DNA of 58,028 bases from Faecousia sp. (GTDB lineage: Bacteria; Bacillota; Clostridia; Oscillospirales; Oscillospiraceae): NCBI GenBank assembly GCA_045538595.1, contig JAZSRS010000007.1:1-58028 (forward strand). The letters are read 5' to 3'. The position numbers and the translations under genes were made by a program. Below are positions 1-9,537 of the stretch, one piece after another (the first letter of the stretch is position 1; each line of letters starts with the position of its first letter). The notes under the pieces are model-generated. The model made no database searches. It had not been told where the DNA came from and was given only the letters and a program-made list of their open reading frames with translations.

Positions 1-3000
1 ACCGCTTGGCTCCCGACTTCTGCGGGATTACCACAAGGCCGCCGGGGTGCTGGCCGGTAGTCCGGCGCACGCCGACACAGCCGGCAGCAAGTCGATTCAC
101 TTCCGCTGCGCTTTTCACCTGTCCTCGCTCAGAAAGGTATTTTTTTACATAGCCAAAAGCAGTCTTTTCTGCCACTGTGCCTACTGTACCCGCCCGAAAA
201 ACATGGGATTTTCCGAACATTTCCGTACAATATGCATGGGCATTGGCTTGGTATTCGCCGGAGAAATTCAAGTCGATATCCGGTACTTTATCGCCGCCAA
301 ATCCAAGGAATGTTTCGAAAGGAATGTTAAAGCCCTCTTTGGCGTAGGCAGTGCCGCACTTGGGACACACCGCGTCCGGAAGGTCAACGCCGCATTCGAA
401 GCCTTTGGGCACATCGAAGGTGGTATACTTACATTCCGGATTGGGGCAGCGGTAGTGGGGCGGGAATGAGTTTACCTCCGTAATACCAGACATAAACGCC
501 ACGATGGACGAGCCAACAGAGCCTCGGGAACCTACCAAGTAGCCGTTTTCCAGAGAGTTCTGCACCAGTTTCTGCGCCGACATATAGATCACATCATAGT
601 GGCAGGAAATAATGTCATTGAGTTCCGTTTCCACACGCTTGGTGATCAGTTCCGGTGGATTGTCTCCGTAGAGCCGGTGCATTTTGCCGTAGACCAGTGC
701 TTTCAGGTCTTCCACAGAGTTTTCAATCTTGGGAGCAAATAGATTTTTCGGCACAGGCCGCACTGTATCGCACATATCCGCGATCCGGTTGGGGTTGGTA
801 ACCACCACTTCATACGCCTTTTCTTCCCCTAAATAAGCAAACTCCCGGAGCATTTCATCGGTAGTACGGAAATACAAGGGGTTAGGCCGGTCGCAGTCGT
901 CAAAGCCTTTGGTGGCCAACAGAATGTGGCGGAAAATCTCGTCCTCCGGGTTCAGGAAGTGGACATCGCCGGTGGCAACCACCGGTTTGCCCATAATTTC
1001 TCCCAAACGGACGATGGTGCGGTTGAACCGCCGCAGTTCCTCCTCATCCTTTACTATACCCCGTTCCAGCATAAATGCGTTATTGCTGATAGGCTGAATC
1101 TCCAAAAAGTCGTAGAAAGCGGCAATGCGCTTCAGTTCGTCCTCGCTCTTTCCGTCTATCACCGCCTGAAACAGTTCGCCTGCCTCACAGGCAGAGCCGA
1201 TAATCAGACCCTCCCGCAGACGCAGGATCTCCGACTTGGGCATACGGGGTTGACGTTTGAAGTATTCCAGGTTGGACAAACTCACCAGTTGGTACAGATT
1301 CCGCAGGCCTAACTGGTTCTTGGCAAAGAGAATAATATGCCGGGCGTGGCGGTTTCCGATCTGATTCTTGGAACGGAGACCCTCCATGGCAGGGTTGATT
1401 CTCTGCAAAGAATGGATATCCATTTCCTGCAGTTTCTCCAGCAGTTTCGCCATAATCAGACCGCAGGTCACTGCGTCGTCTGCAGCCCGGTGATGATTGA
1501 ATTCCGGCAAACTGAGGGCGTTTGCCACCACATCCAATTTGAATTTATTCAGGTGCTGCAACAGGTTTTGGGATAACACAAGAGTATCTGCGGAGGTGAA
1601 ACGATATTCATATCCCAGTTTTTCACAGGCGGCGCGGATAAATCCTGTATCGAAATCCGCGTTGTGGGCAACCAGCACCCGGTCTCCCACAAATTCCAGG
1701 AATTGGGGGAAAATGTCTTTCAGTTTCGGCGCGCCCCGGAGCATACTGTCGGTAATGCCGGTCAGATCCACCGTCTCTTTGGAGAGTTTCATTTCCGGAT
1801 CCACAAAGGTCTGGAACCGGTCGATCTCCTGCCCATTCTGCATCAGGACTGCGCCGATCTCGATAATCTCATCTTGCCGGGAAGACAGGCCAGTGGTTTC
1901 CAAATCGAAGGCCACATAGGCCTCGTCAAAGGCCATATCCTTGCTGCCGTGGACTACAATACGATCGTCTACATCGTTTACATAATATCCTTCGCAGCCA
2001 TAGAGGATCTTGATCTTCTGATCTGTTCCTGCCACGATAGGCGGTTTTTTCCAGTCCTCCACCGTATGGAAGGCATCGGTAAAGGATTGGCAGCAGCCGT
2101 GGTCAGTAATGGCGATGGCTTTATGTCCCCACGCGGCGGCTTGCCGAATGGCGGCGTCTGTATTGGTCAGGGCGTCCATATTGGACATTGCCGTATGCAG
2201 GTGCAATTCCACCCGCTTCTCCCCTGACGCAAGATCTTTCCGGCTTTCCATTGCGCCGGGCATAATGGCGGTGGGTTTCAGAATCATTTCATTATCAAAC
2301 TGGTTGATCTGCAACCGTCCCTGCACTTTCAGCACAGAGCCTACCTTGACCTTTTCCAGTATGGGTTTGGCTTCACTGTTTTCCATAAAGCGGTTTACCC
2401 GGACAGAGCCGAAGTGATCGGTCATATCAAAATTGATGACCCAAGCATTCCGCTTTTTCAGTTCCCGATGCTCCACGCTGAACACGCGGCCTTCTACCAC
2501 CACACTGCCCATATCCAAGTTCAGTTCCTGCATAGACACAGGCTTTGCCTTGAATGGTTTGCCGTAGATAGCAGGGTTGTCCTGCTCCTGAGCCTTTTTC
2601 TCTGCTACCGGGGCTTTGGGAAGTTCCGTCAAAATACTGCCACGCATTTGCTCCATAGCGTGGAACAAGGCCTCACCCTCCAGTTTCTGCCCACCGTGGA
2701 CAAAAATGGAGACTTGGGTGTCAAATCGGTCTTGCAAGTGCCGGATGACACCGGGAATCACATCTTGCAGCACATCTTTGCCGTTGGCTCTTAACCGAAT
2801 ATGCAGAGTATTATCCTCCCACTCCCACTGGGCGCCGGCCAGGATACCCCGGCACATGGAATTCTGGGCAGTAAACAGGTCCAGCAGTTCCTGGGGTTCT
2901 ATTTTGGTCAGTTGGTCAGCCCGGTGATTGGCGGTAATACGCAGACTTTCTAACCCATAAAGAAGGGAGATTCCCTTTTGAATTTCCTCCAGATCCCTTG

Positions 3001-3157
3001 CAGGGAGGTAGGTTTCCATATAGACCGTTACATTTACAGACCGGGTCGCCGGGTTAATATCCGCAGCAACAATGGCCGCCTGAGAAAGGGCCTCTTGCAA
3101 GGCTTCAGGCGGCGCATAGTCCGGAAACATATTCAGTAACGGTATCTGCTTATTCAT
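1..3157 (-). CDS. polC: DNA polymerase III PolC-type, 3' end beyond the window edge
   Basis: Absent from the ORF track, consistent with a frame that runs off the window edge. Manual translation of segments gives ATG at 3157 with GAGGA upstream. Motifs: PHP ELHLHTAMSNMDAL and AIAITDHG, exonuclease YVAFDLETTG / VAHNADFD / HRAADDA, polymerase GSRGSVGSS, PDIDLNFSGEYQ and TGQHPGG. Confidence 0.96.
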   Translation of the reverse strand, partial: MNKQIPLLNMFPDYAPPEALQEALSQAAIVAADINPATRSVNVTVYMETYLPARDLEEIQKGISLLYGLESLRITANHRADQLTKIEPQELLDLFTAQNSMCRGILAGAQWEWEDNTLHIRLRANGKDVLQDVIPGVIRHLQDRFDTQVSIFVHGGQKLEGEALFHAMEQMRGSILTELPKAPVAEKKAQEQDNPAIYGKPFKAKPVSMQELNLDMGSVVVEGRVFSVEHRELKKRNAWVINFDMTDHFGSVRVNRFMENSEAKPILEKVKVGSVLKVQGRLQINQFDNEMILKPTAIMPGAMESRKDLASGEKRVELHLHTAMSNMDALTNTDAAIRQAAAWGHKAIAITDHGCCQSFTDAFHTVEDWKKPPIVAGTDQKIKILYGCEGYYVNDVDDRIVVHGSKDMAFDEAYVAFDLETTGLSSRQDEIIEIGAVLMQNGQEIDRFQTFVDPEMKLSKETVDLTGITDSMLRGAPKLKDIFPQFLEFVGDRVLVAHNADFDTGFIRAACEKLGYEYRFTSADTLVLSQNLLQHLNKFKLDVVANALSLPEFNHHRAADDAVTCGLIMAKLLEKLQEMDIHSLQRINPAMEGLRSKNQIGNRHARHIILFAKNQLGLRNLYQLVSLSNLEYFKRQPRMPKSEILRLREGLIIGSACEAGELFQAVIDGKSEDELKRIAAFYDFLEIQPISNNAFMLERGIVKDEEELRRFNRTIVRLGEIMGKPVVATGDVHFLNPEDEIFRHILLATKGFDDCDRPNPLYFRTTDEMLREFAYLGEEKAYEVVVTNPNRIADMCDTVRPVPKNLFAPKIENSVEDLKALVYGKMHRLYGDNPPELITKRVETELNDIISCHYDVIYMSAQKLVQNSLENGYLVGSRGSVGSSIVAFMSGITEVNSFPPHYRCPNPECKYTTFDVPKGFECGVDLPDAVCPKCGTAYAKEGFNIPFETFLGFGGDKVPDIDLNFSGEYQANAHAYCTEMFGKSHVFRAGTVGTVAEKTAFGYVKKYLSERGQVKSAAEVNRLAAGCVGVRRTTGQHPGGLVVIPQKSGAKR

Positions 3158-3166
3158 AGTATCCTC

Positions 3167-4204
3167 TTACAAACTTTCAATTCTCTTTAGCAGTGCCGGC
3201 AGCAGTTCCTTATACGGCAGTTTGCAGACTTGTTGTCCCTTTTCGAACAGCAGTCCGCAGCCATCGCCGCCGGCAATTCCGATATCTGCTTCCCGGGCCT
3301 CTCCCGGGCCGTTTACCACGCAGCCCATCACCGCTACAGTAATGGGTTTTTGGCAATCTTTCAGCGCTTCATCTACCTGATTTACCAAACCGATCAGGTC
3401 GATTTGGGTGCGGCCGCAAGTGGGACAGGAAATAATATTCACGCCCTCTTTCCGCAAGCCGGCAGCCTTCAGGATATCCTTGGCGGCGTAGACCTCCTCC
3501 ACCGGGTCGTCAGTTAGACTGACCCGAATGGTATCGCCAATGCCGTCCAGGAGCAGAGCGCCGATGCCCATTGCCGACTTCATCAGACCCATACGCACCG
3601 GGCCGGTCTCCGTAACGCCGATATGGATAGGATAATCGCACTTACTGCGGAACAACCGGGCAGCGGCTACCATAGTAGGCACATTGGAAGATTTCATTGA
3701 CACGCAGGTGTCATAGAAACCATACTTTTCCAGCAGTTCTAAGTGCTGAAAAGCGCTTTCCACCAAGGCTTCTGCGGTGGGATGGCCATATTTTTCCAAC
3801 AGTTTCTTATCCAAGCTACCTCCGTTGACGCCAATGCGAATGGGAATATTTCTCTCTTTACAGGCAAAGACCACTGCCTGCACATTTTCTTCCCCGCCGA
3901 TATTGCCGGGGTTGATGCGAATTTTGGATGCCCCGGCTTCGGCGGCCAGCAGGGCCAGTTTATAGTCAAAATGGATATCCGCCACCAAGGGCAGCGGGGA
4001 TGCCTGACAGATCTCCCCAAAAGCGGCAGCCGCTTCCCTATCAGGAACTGCCAGCCGGGCAATCTGACAACCGGCTGCGGAGAGTTTCCGCAATTGGGCC
4101 AAAGAGCCTTCCACATCTGTGGTTTTGGTATTGAGCATAGACTGGATCACCACCGGGGCGCCGCCGCCGATGGGAATACCGCCTACTTTGATCTGTCTTA
4201 CCAT
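3167..4204 (-). CDS. ispG: (E)-4-hydroxy-3-methylbut-2-enyl diphosphate synthase
   Basis: PLVADIHF, KIRINPGNIG, IRIGVNGGSL, GIGDTIRVSLT; Fe-S cysteines in SCPTCGR and AVMGCVVNGPGE. Confidence 0.97.
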   Translation of the reverse strand: MVRQIKVGGIPIGGGAPVVIQSMLNTKTTDVEGSLAQLRKLSAAGCQIARLAVPDREAAAAFGEICQASPLPLVADIHFDYKLALLAAEAGASKIRINPGNIGGEENVQAVVFACKERNIPIRIGVNGGSLDKKLLEKYGHPTAEALVESAFQHLELLEKYGFYDTCVSMKSSNVPTMVAAARLFRSKCDYPIHIGVTETGPVRMGLMKSAMGIGALLLDGIGDTIRVSLTDDPVEEVYAAKDILKAAGLRKEGVNIISCPTCGRTQIDLIGLVNQVDEALKDCQKPITVAVMGCVVNGPGEAREADIGIAGGDGCGLLFEKGQQVCKLPYKELLPALLKRIESL

Positions 4205-4209
4205 AACTG

Positions 4210-5271
4210 TTACCTCTTAAAAATCATAAATACATCCTTGAATAGGATCACGCCCATGAGAATCAGCAGCAGAACCATACCGATTCCGTGGATATAGCTT
4301 TCGTATTTGGCGTCCAGTTTCTTCCGGGTGATCTTCTCAATAGCCACCGTCAGTAGCAAACCTACTACCCGACCGCCGTCCAAGGCAGGAATCGGCAGTA
4401 GATTCATAACCGCAAGATTGATGGCCAAAAAACCGCCGATATACAATATATTTTGAAACGCTTCATTGGAATTCTCCGCCTGTTGGGCGGAATCGGACAT
4501 AATTTGCACGATACCCACAGGGCCGGTCATATCGGATAGCCCGGCCTGTCCGGACAGCAGCATTTGCAGGCTTAATCTTACACTTCGCACATTGTCAAAG
4601 GTAATTTTGCGGACATAATCCAGTTTTTCAAGGAGATTTACATCTTTTGCCTGTCCGTAGGAAAATCCATAATGCAAATACTCTTTGCCGTTTTCGTCCG
4701 TATGGGTGTGTCCCATTGCGAGATCGTCAAAGGTTATTTTCTTGCCGTCCCGCAGAACGGTAATATCGTGTTGTACCTTTGGATTCAAGGTCAAAATGGT
4801 AGAGATATTGGGATTGGTGTAGATTTTCTCTCCATCTAACTCCAAAATCATATCCCCGGCCTGTAAGCCCTCTTGGTGGTGAAAGATGCAGCAATCCTGA
4901 AACTCTACGAGAACAGGCTCCACAATCTGCTGGGCAGGCAGGATCAATGCCGCGAAAATCACCACGCCGGTGAGCAAATTCATAAAAGAGCCGGCAACCA
5001 AGATAATGAATCGCTTCCACCAGGCTGCTTTTTGGAAGGAATGAGGATCGTCCGTGTCCTCGTTCTCCCCTTCCATAGCGCAGTAACCGCCGATGGGGAT
5101 ACAGCGCAGAGAATATAAGGTATCTCCCACCTGTTTCTTAAAGATGGCAGGACCCATAAACATAGCAAATTCATTGACCCGCACGCCGGAGGCTTTTGCG
5201 GCAAGAAAGTGTCCCAGTTCGTGGACAAAAATCAAAAGACTAAAGAGTAGAATTGCAAAAATAATGGTCAT
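4210..5271 (-). CDS. rseP: RIP metalloprotease RseP (site-2 protease, PDZ domain)
   Basis: HELGH zinc motif, NLLPIPALDGG, usual position between dxr and ispG. Confidence 0.95.
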   Translation of the reverse strand: MTIIFAILLFSLLIFVHELGHFLAAKASGVRVNEFAMFMGPAIFKKQVGDTLYSLRCIPIGGYCAMEGENEDTDDPHSFQKAAWWKRFIILVAGSFMNLLTGVVIFAALILPAQQIVEPVLVEFQDCCIFHHQEGLQAGDMILELDGEKIYTNPNISTILTLNPKVQHDITVLRDGKKITFDDLAMGHTHTDENGKEYLHYGFSYGQAKDVNLLEKLDYVRKITFDNVRSVRLSLQMLLSGQAGLSDMTGPVGIVQIMSDSAQQAENSNEAFQNILYIGGFLAINLAVMNLLPIPALDGGRVVGLLLTVAIEKITRKKLDAKYESYIHGIGMVLLLILMGVILFKDVFMIFKR

Positions 5272-5285
5272 ATAAATCCTCGTTT

Positions 5286-6434
5286 TTACTTAAGCATTTG
5301 GCGGACTGCTTCGCGAGCCAACCGGTCTGCTTCTAAGATTTCTTCCAATGTGGGGTCGGTGATCAGCGGAACTGCGTCCACCGCATTGGATACAAGACGA
5401 TAAATGTCGTAAAAACCGATCTTATCATCCAAATATAAGGCAACTGCTTCTTCGTTGGCACCGTTCATTGCCGCACAGGCTGTGCCACCCAGTTTGGCGC
5501 ATTTCCGGGCCAATGCCAGGCAAGGGAATGCCTCCATATCCGGCTCTGCAAAGGTCAGGCTGCCGCAAGTGAGCAGATCCAGCCCATCTACGGGGCATTC
5601 CGTCCGCTCCGGATAGGTCATTGCCAGTTGGATGGGCAGACGCATATCGGGACTGCCCAGTTGGGCCATCACTGCGCCGTCCACAAACTCTACCATAGAA
5701 TGGACAATGCTCTGCCGGTGGATCACCACATCCACTTGTTCCAGCGGCAAGTCGTACAACCGCATAGCCTCGATCACTTCCAGGCCCTTGTTCATAAGAG
5801 TGGCACAGTCGATGGTGATCTTGGGACCCATTTTCCAGTTGGGGTGGCGGAGGGCATCTGCCTTGGTAACGGTCTGCAGTTGTTCCGGGGTCATACCGAA
5901 GAAAGGACCGCCGGAACAGGTCAGAACGATTCGTTTAATTTCGGATTTTTTCTGCTGACCCATCAGGCACTGAAAGATCGCAGAATGTTCCGAATCCACA
6001 GGAATCATCTCCACATTGTGGCGTTTGACCGCTGCCATGACCAGTTCACCGGCGCATACCAGTGTCTCCTTATTGGCAAGGCCGATGCGTTTGCCCGCTT
6101 CAATAGCCGCAAGGGTAGGCTTCAGGCCCACCATACCCATCACAGCAGTGATGACGCAATCCGCTTCCTCTGCGGTGGCGGCTGCAATCAGGCCTTCCTC
6201 TCCCCACAAGACTTGGGTGGGAAAGTCGGAGATTTCCTTTTGCAGTTTCTTGGCGGCGTCCTCCGTTGCCATAACTGCCAAACGGGGTTTGTACTTCCGG
6301 CACTGCTGGGCCATACGCTCTACATTGGTGCCAGCCGTCAGCGCCGCTACAGAAATCTGCAGATTATCCACGATATCCAGTGTCTGCCGACCGATCGAGC
6401 CGGTAGAACCCAGAATGCTCACACATTGAACCAT
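5286..6434 (-). CDS. dxr: 1-deoxy-D-xylulose-5-phosphate reductoisomerase
   Basis: ILGSTGSIG, LANKETLV, PVDSEHSAIFQ, HPNWKMGPKITID, NKGLEVIEA. Confidence 0.98.
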   Translation of the reverse strand: MVQCVSILGSTGSIGRQTLDIVDNLQISVAALTAGTNVERMAQQCRKYKPRLAVMATEDAAKKLQKEISDFPTQVLWGEEGLIAAATAEEADCVITAVMGMVGLKPTLAAIEAGKRIGLANKETLVCAGELVMAAVKRHNVEMIPVDSEHSAIFQCLMGQQKKSEIKRIVLTCSGGPFFGMTPEQLQTVTKADALRHPNWKMGPKITIDCATLMNKGLEVIEAMRLYDLPLEQVDVVIHRQSIVHSMVEFVDGAVMAQLGSPDMRLPIQLAMTYPERTECPVDGLDLLTCGSLTFAEPDMEAFPCLALARKCAKLGGTACAAMNGANEEAVALYLDDKIGFYDIYRLVSNAVDAVPLITDPTLEEILEADRLAREAVRQMLK

Positions 6435-7250
6435 TTATTTCACCACCATCGGTATATAAAGCATAAGTAACTCCATCAGGGGGGCAACCACAATCATAGA
6501 GTCAAACCGGTCCAGGACGCCGCCGTGGCCGGGAATCAAATTGCCGTAATCCTTGTTGCCGGTCTGCCGTTTCACGGCAGAGAAGCACAGGTCGCCAAAC
6601 ACTGCGCCAAGACTTCCCAAAATACCATAGACAGGCACATACAGGTAGCGCACTTTCAGTTTCAGTGCAAACTGCACCACCACACAGTAAACAACAACGC
6701 CAACAACTGCACCCAGCATACCGCCAAACATACCCTCTACAGTCTTGTTGGGGCTGATGACGGGGGCGAGTTTATGTTTGCCGAAAACCCGGCCGGCAAA
6801 GTAGGCGCCGGTATCCGACAGGAACGCAACCACAAAGGGCAGCAGAATCAGCACCCGGCCGTAGGTCTGATTATGAATCCGCACCAAGCCGCTGAGCAGA
6901 AACGGCACAATGCCACCGGCCACAAAGGTCATCGCCACTTTTTCAAAGGAAATCTCGCTGTGAAACAGGAGAAGTTCTCCGAAAAGTACGCAGAAGAAGG
7001 AGAAAATGCCCAACAAAAGGAGAGAATACACTGCGTACATACTGCCCCACAGGGAGATAAAAAACGCCATAATCATTGCGTAGATCACCAGCCGGCGTTC
7101 TTTCACCAAACCGGTTCCACTAAGCAGTTCCTTCACGCCAATGGCAGACAAAATACCCACCAAGATTGCCGTAAAGAATTTCGGCAGCACCAGCACTACA
7201 AGCAAGAGCAGGGGCAACAAAATAACTGCGGCCAAAACACGGGTTTTCAC
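6435..7250 (-). CDS. cdsA: Phosphatidate cytidylyltransferase
   Basis: SDTGAYFAG, ISPNKTVEG, KDYGNLIPGHGGVLDRFDS. Start moved to GTG at 7250 (VKTRVL), with GGAGG upstream. Confidence 0.95.
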   Translation of the reverse strand: MKTRVLAAVILLPLLLLVVLVLPKFFTAILVGILSAIGVKELLSGTGLVKERRLVIYAMIMAFFISLWGSMYAVYSLLLLGIFSFFCVLFGELLLFHSEISFEKVAMTFVAGGIVPFLLSGLVRIHNQTYGRVLILLPFVVAFLSDTGAYFAGRVFGKHKLAPVISPNKTVEGMFGGMLGAVVGVVVYCVVVQFALKLKVRYLYVPVYGILGSLGAVFGDLCFSAVKRQTGNKDYGNLIPGHGGVLDRFDSMIVVAPLMELLMLYIPMVVK

Positions 7251-7252
7251 GA

Positions 7253-7975
7253 TTATGCACCTCCAAAACGACGATTCCGTCGGTGGTATTCCGCAATGGC
7301 GCGGTCCAGGTCCGCAGGACCAAAGTCCGGCCACAAAACATCCATAAACACATACTCCGAGTAAGCAGACTGCCACAGCAGGAAATTACTGGTCCGCAAT
7401 TCCCCGGAGGGCCGAATGATCAGTTCCGGGTCAGGAACATCGGCAGAATACAGATAACTTGCCAGTAGTTCTTCCGTCAGGTCCTCCGGTATATGGCGGC
7501 CATCTTTTACATCCTGCGCAAACATACGGGCTGCCCGGACCAGTTCGTCCCGGCCGGCGTAGTACAGTCAGAAGTTCACCTGCACATCGTAATCTATCGA
7601 CCGGTTTTGCGCCTCTAAACAGAGTTTTTGCAACTGGGGGCTCAGCCGGGTCAGGTCGCCAAAAAAGCGAAAACGCACCCGGTTCTTCTCCATATCCCGA
7701 ATGGCTTCGTTCAGGTATGCGCCCAGCAGGCGCATAATGCCGCCGATCTCCTCCTGGGAACGCTTCCAATTCTCGGTGGAGAAGGCATAAACCGTCAGGT
7801 ATTTCACACCCAAAGTGCGGCAGTAATTGGCGATCTTGCGGAAGGATTCCCCGCCGGCGGCGTGGCCGGCACTGCGGGGCAATCCCCTCTTTTTGGCCCA
7901 GCGGCCATTCCCGTCCATGATAATAGCAATATGACACGGGACAGGCATTTTATTCTCCGATACAGAAGGTGTCAT
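7253..7975 (-). pseudogene. uppS: Isoprenyl (undecaprenyl) diphosphate synthase interrupted by one in-frame TGA at 7568-7570; may be a sequence error
   Basis: ORFs 7568..7975 and 7253..7525 share one frame (723 nt, 241 codons). Motifs HIAIIMDGNGRWA, YAFSTENWKR, PELIIRPSGELRTSNFLLWQSAYSE. The junction reads VNF*LYYAGRDEL. Confidence 0.85.
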
Positions 7976-8004
7976 CCCTGACTCCTTTCCAAAATAGTAG
8001 TGAA

Positions 8005-8024
8005 TGGGGGTGCAAGCACCCCCA
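8005..8024 (-). terminator. Hairpin between frr and uppS (terminator or mRNA stability element)
   Basis: TGGGGGTGC-AA-GCACCCCCA inverted repeat; weak U tract. Confidence 0.5.
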
Positions 8025-8037
8025 ATAATCCTAAAAG

Positions 8038-8592
8038 TTAAATTGCCATCAATTCCTTTTCCTTCAGAGCCAGGGTATCGTCCACCTTCTTGATGAACTT
8101 ATCCAGCATATCCTGCAGGTCCTTTTCAGCCTTCTTCTGGTCATCCTCGGTGATCTCGGAATTCTTCTTCAGTTTCTTCACATAGTCCATACCGTCGCGG
8201 CGGATATTACGCATAGCCACCTTTGCCTCTTCTGCGTATTTCTTAACCTGCTTGGTCAGTTCCTTACGGCGCTCCTCTGTCAGTTGGGGGAAGATCAGGC
8301 GGATCACACGGCCGTCATTTTGAGGATTGATGCCCAGTTCGCTGGACTGGATAGCCTTCTGGATTTCCTTCAGCAGTTGGGTATCCCAAGGCTGAATCAC
8401 CAGAGTACGGGCGTCGGCAACAGAAATGCTGGCCACGCCGTTCAGAGGAGTCTCCTGTCCATAATATTCCACAGAGATGCGATCTAAAACCTTGGGATTT
8501 GCCCGGCCTGCCCGGACTGCGTCAAATTCCTCAGACAAGTGTACCAAAGTCTTGTCCATCTTCTTGCTGTATTCGCTGAAATCTACGTTCAT
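8038..8592 (-). CDS. frr: Ribosome recycling factor
   Basis: RAGRANP, LGINPQNDG, PQLTEERRKEL, AMRNIRRD. Confidence 0.98.
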   Translation of the reverse strand: MNVDFSEYSKKMDKTLVHLSEEFDAVRAGRANPKVLDRISVEYYGQETPLNGVASISVADARTLVIQPWDTQLLKEIQKAIQSSELGINPQNDGRVIRLIFPQLTEERRKELTKQVKKYAEEAKVAMRNIRRDGMDYVKKLKKNSEITEDDQKKAEKDLQDMLDKFIKKVDDTLALKEKELMAI

Positions 8593-8595
8593 TTC

Positions 8596-9315
8596 TTAAT
8601 CCTCCTTAACGATTGTTCCAATGGTCTCTCCGCTGATCACACGGAGAATGTTTTCAGGGTCTTTCAGTGCAAAGCACACCAAAGTCATATGATTGTCCAT
8701 CGCCAGCGTCATGGCTGTGGTGTCGGTCGCTTTCAGATGACGGGCCAAGACCTCGTCATAAGTCAGCGTATCAAACTTAACGGCAGTGGGGTCCACATTG
8801 GGGTCGGCAGAGTATATGCCATCCACATTCTTGGCCATCAAAATTGCATCGGCTTCGATCTCCACACCACGGAGTACTGCGCCGGTATCCGTGGAGAAAT
8901 AGGGGTTGCCTGTACCGGCTGCAAAGATGACCACTTTGCCTTCGTTTAAGTAACGGTCTGCCAAGTCTCTGGTAAAGTATTCACAGAACTTATTCATTTC
9001 CACAGCACTGAGCACCCGGGCGTCCAAACCCTGTTTGCCCAAGGCGTCTGCTACCGCAATCGCGTTCATCACCGTGGCCAGCATACCCATGGCATCGCCG
9101 TGGGAGCGCTGCATTTTATCTGCGCCGTCCTTTACGCCCCGCCAGAAGTTGCCACCACCGATCACAAGGCCCATCTGGACACCACGGTCCACACACGCCT
9201 TGATCACACGGCACACAGAGTTAACAATCCCAAAGTCCAGACCTCTGTGTAAATCTCCTGCCAGCGCTTCTCCGCTGATCTTCAGCAAAACTCGCTTATA
9301 TTTCATTTCAGGCAA
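8596..9315 (-). CDS. pyrH: UMP kinase
   Basis: YKRVLLKISGEAL, GGGNFWRG, GTGNPYFSTD. Start likely TTG at 9315 (AAGGAG upstream) or ATG at 9306. Confidence 0.97.
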   Translation of the reverse strand: MPEMKYKRVLLKISGEALAGDLHRGLDFGIVNSVCRVIKACVDRGVQMGLVIGGGNFWRGVKDGADKMQRSHGDAMGMLATVMNAIAVADALGKQGLDARVLSAVEMNKFCEYFTRDLADRYLNEGKVVIFAAGTGNPYFSTDTGAVLRGVEIEADAILMAKNVDGIYSADPNVDPTAVKFDTLTYDEVLARHLKATDTTAMTLAMDNHMTLVCFALKDPENILRVISGETIGTIVKED

Positions 9316-9343
9316 ACAAACCCACTCCTTCCTTTTCTCATAT

Positions 9344-9372
9344 ATTTTAATATAATTCAAGCAAATTGACAA
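9344..9372 (-). promoter_or_regulatory. Candidate sigma-A promoter of the pyrH operon
   Basis: TTGTCA-17 nt-TAAAAT on the minus strand. Confidence 0.5.
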
Positions 9373-9473
9373 CATAAATTTATAAAATTTCCGAATTTGT
9401 TTTTAATAATTTTACTTTTTTTACGGATTGGGAAAATTTTCTGGAAGAATTACGGTTTCCCAGCGGTTTGCGG

Positions 9474-9502
9474 TTGCAAATCCGGTAAGAATAGGTTATA
9501 AT
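9474..9502 (+). promoter_or_regulatory. Candidate sigma-A promoter of glnS
   Basis: TTGCAA-17 nt-TATAAT, 35 nt upstream of the ATG. Confidence 0.65.
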
Positions 9503-9537
9503 ATTTCCAAATTTTTTACAAGAGAGGACGCTGACAA

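Noticed and set aside
47-2927. Many + strand ORFs over the polC region
   Set aside because: They are antisense shadows of polC, whose motifs are clear on the minus strand.
7568-7570. Genome-wide UGA reassignment (genetic code 4 or 25)
   Set aside because: TGA ends several intact genes here, including spoIIGA, livH and the response regulator, and I saw no other gene interrupted by TGA.
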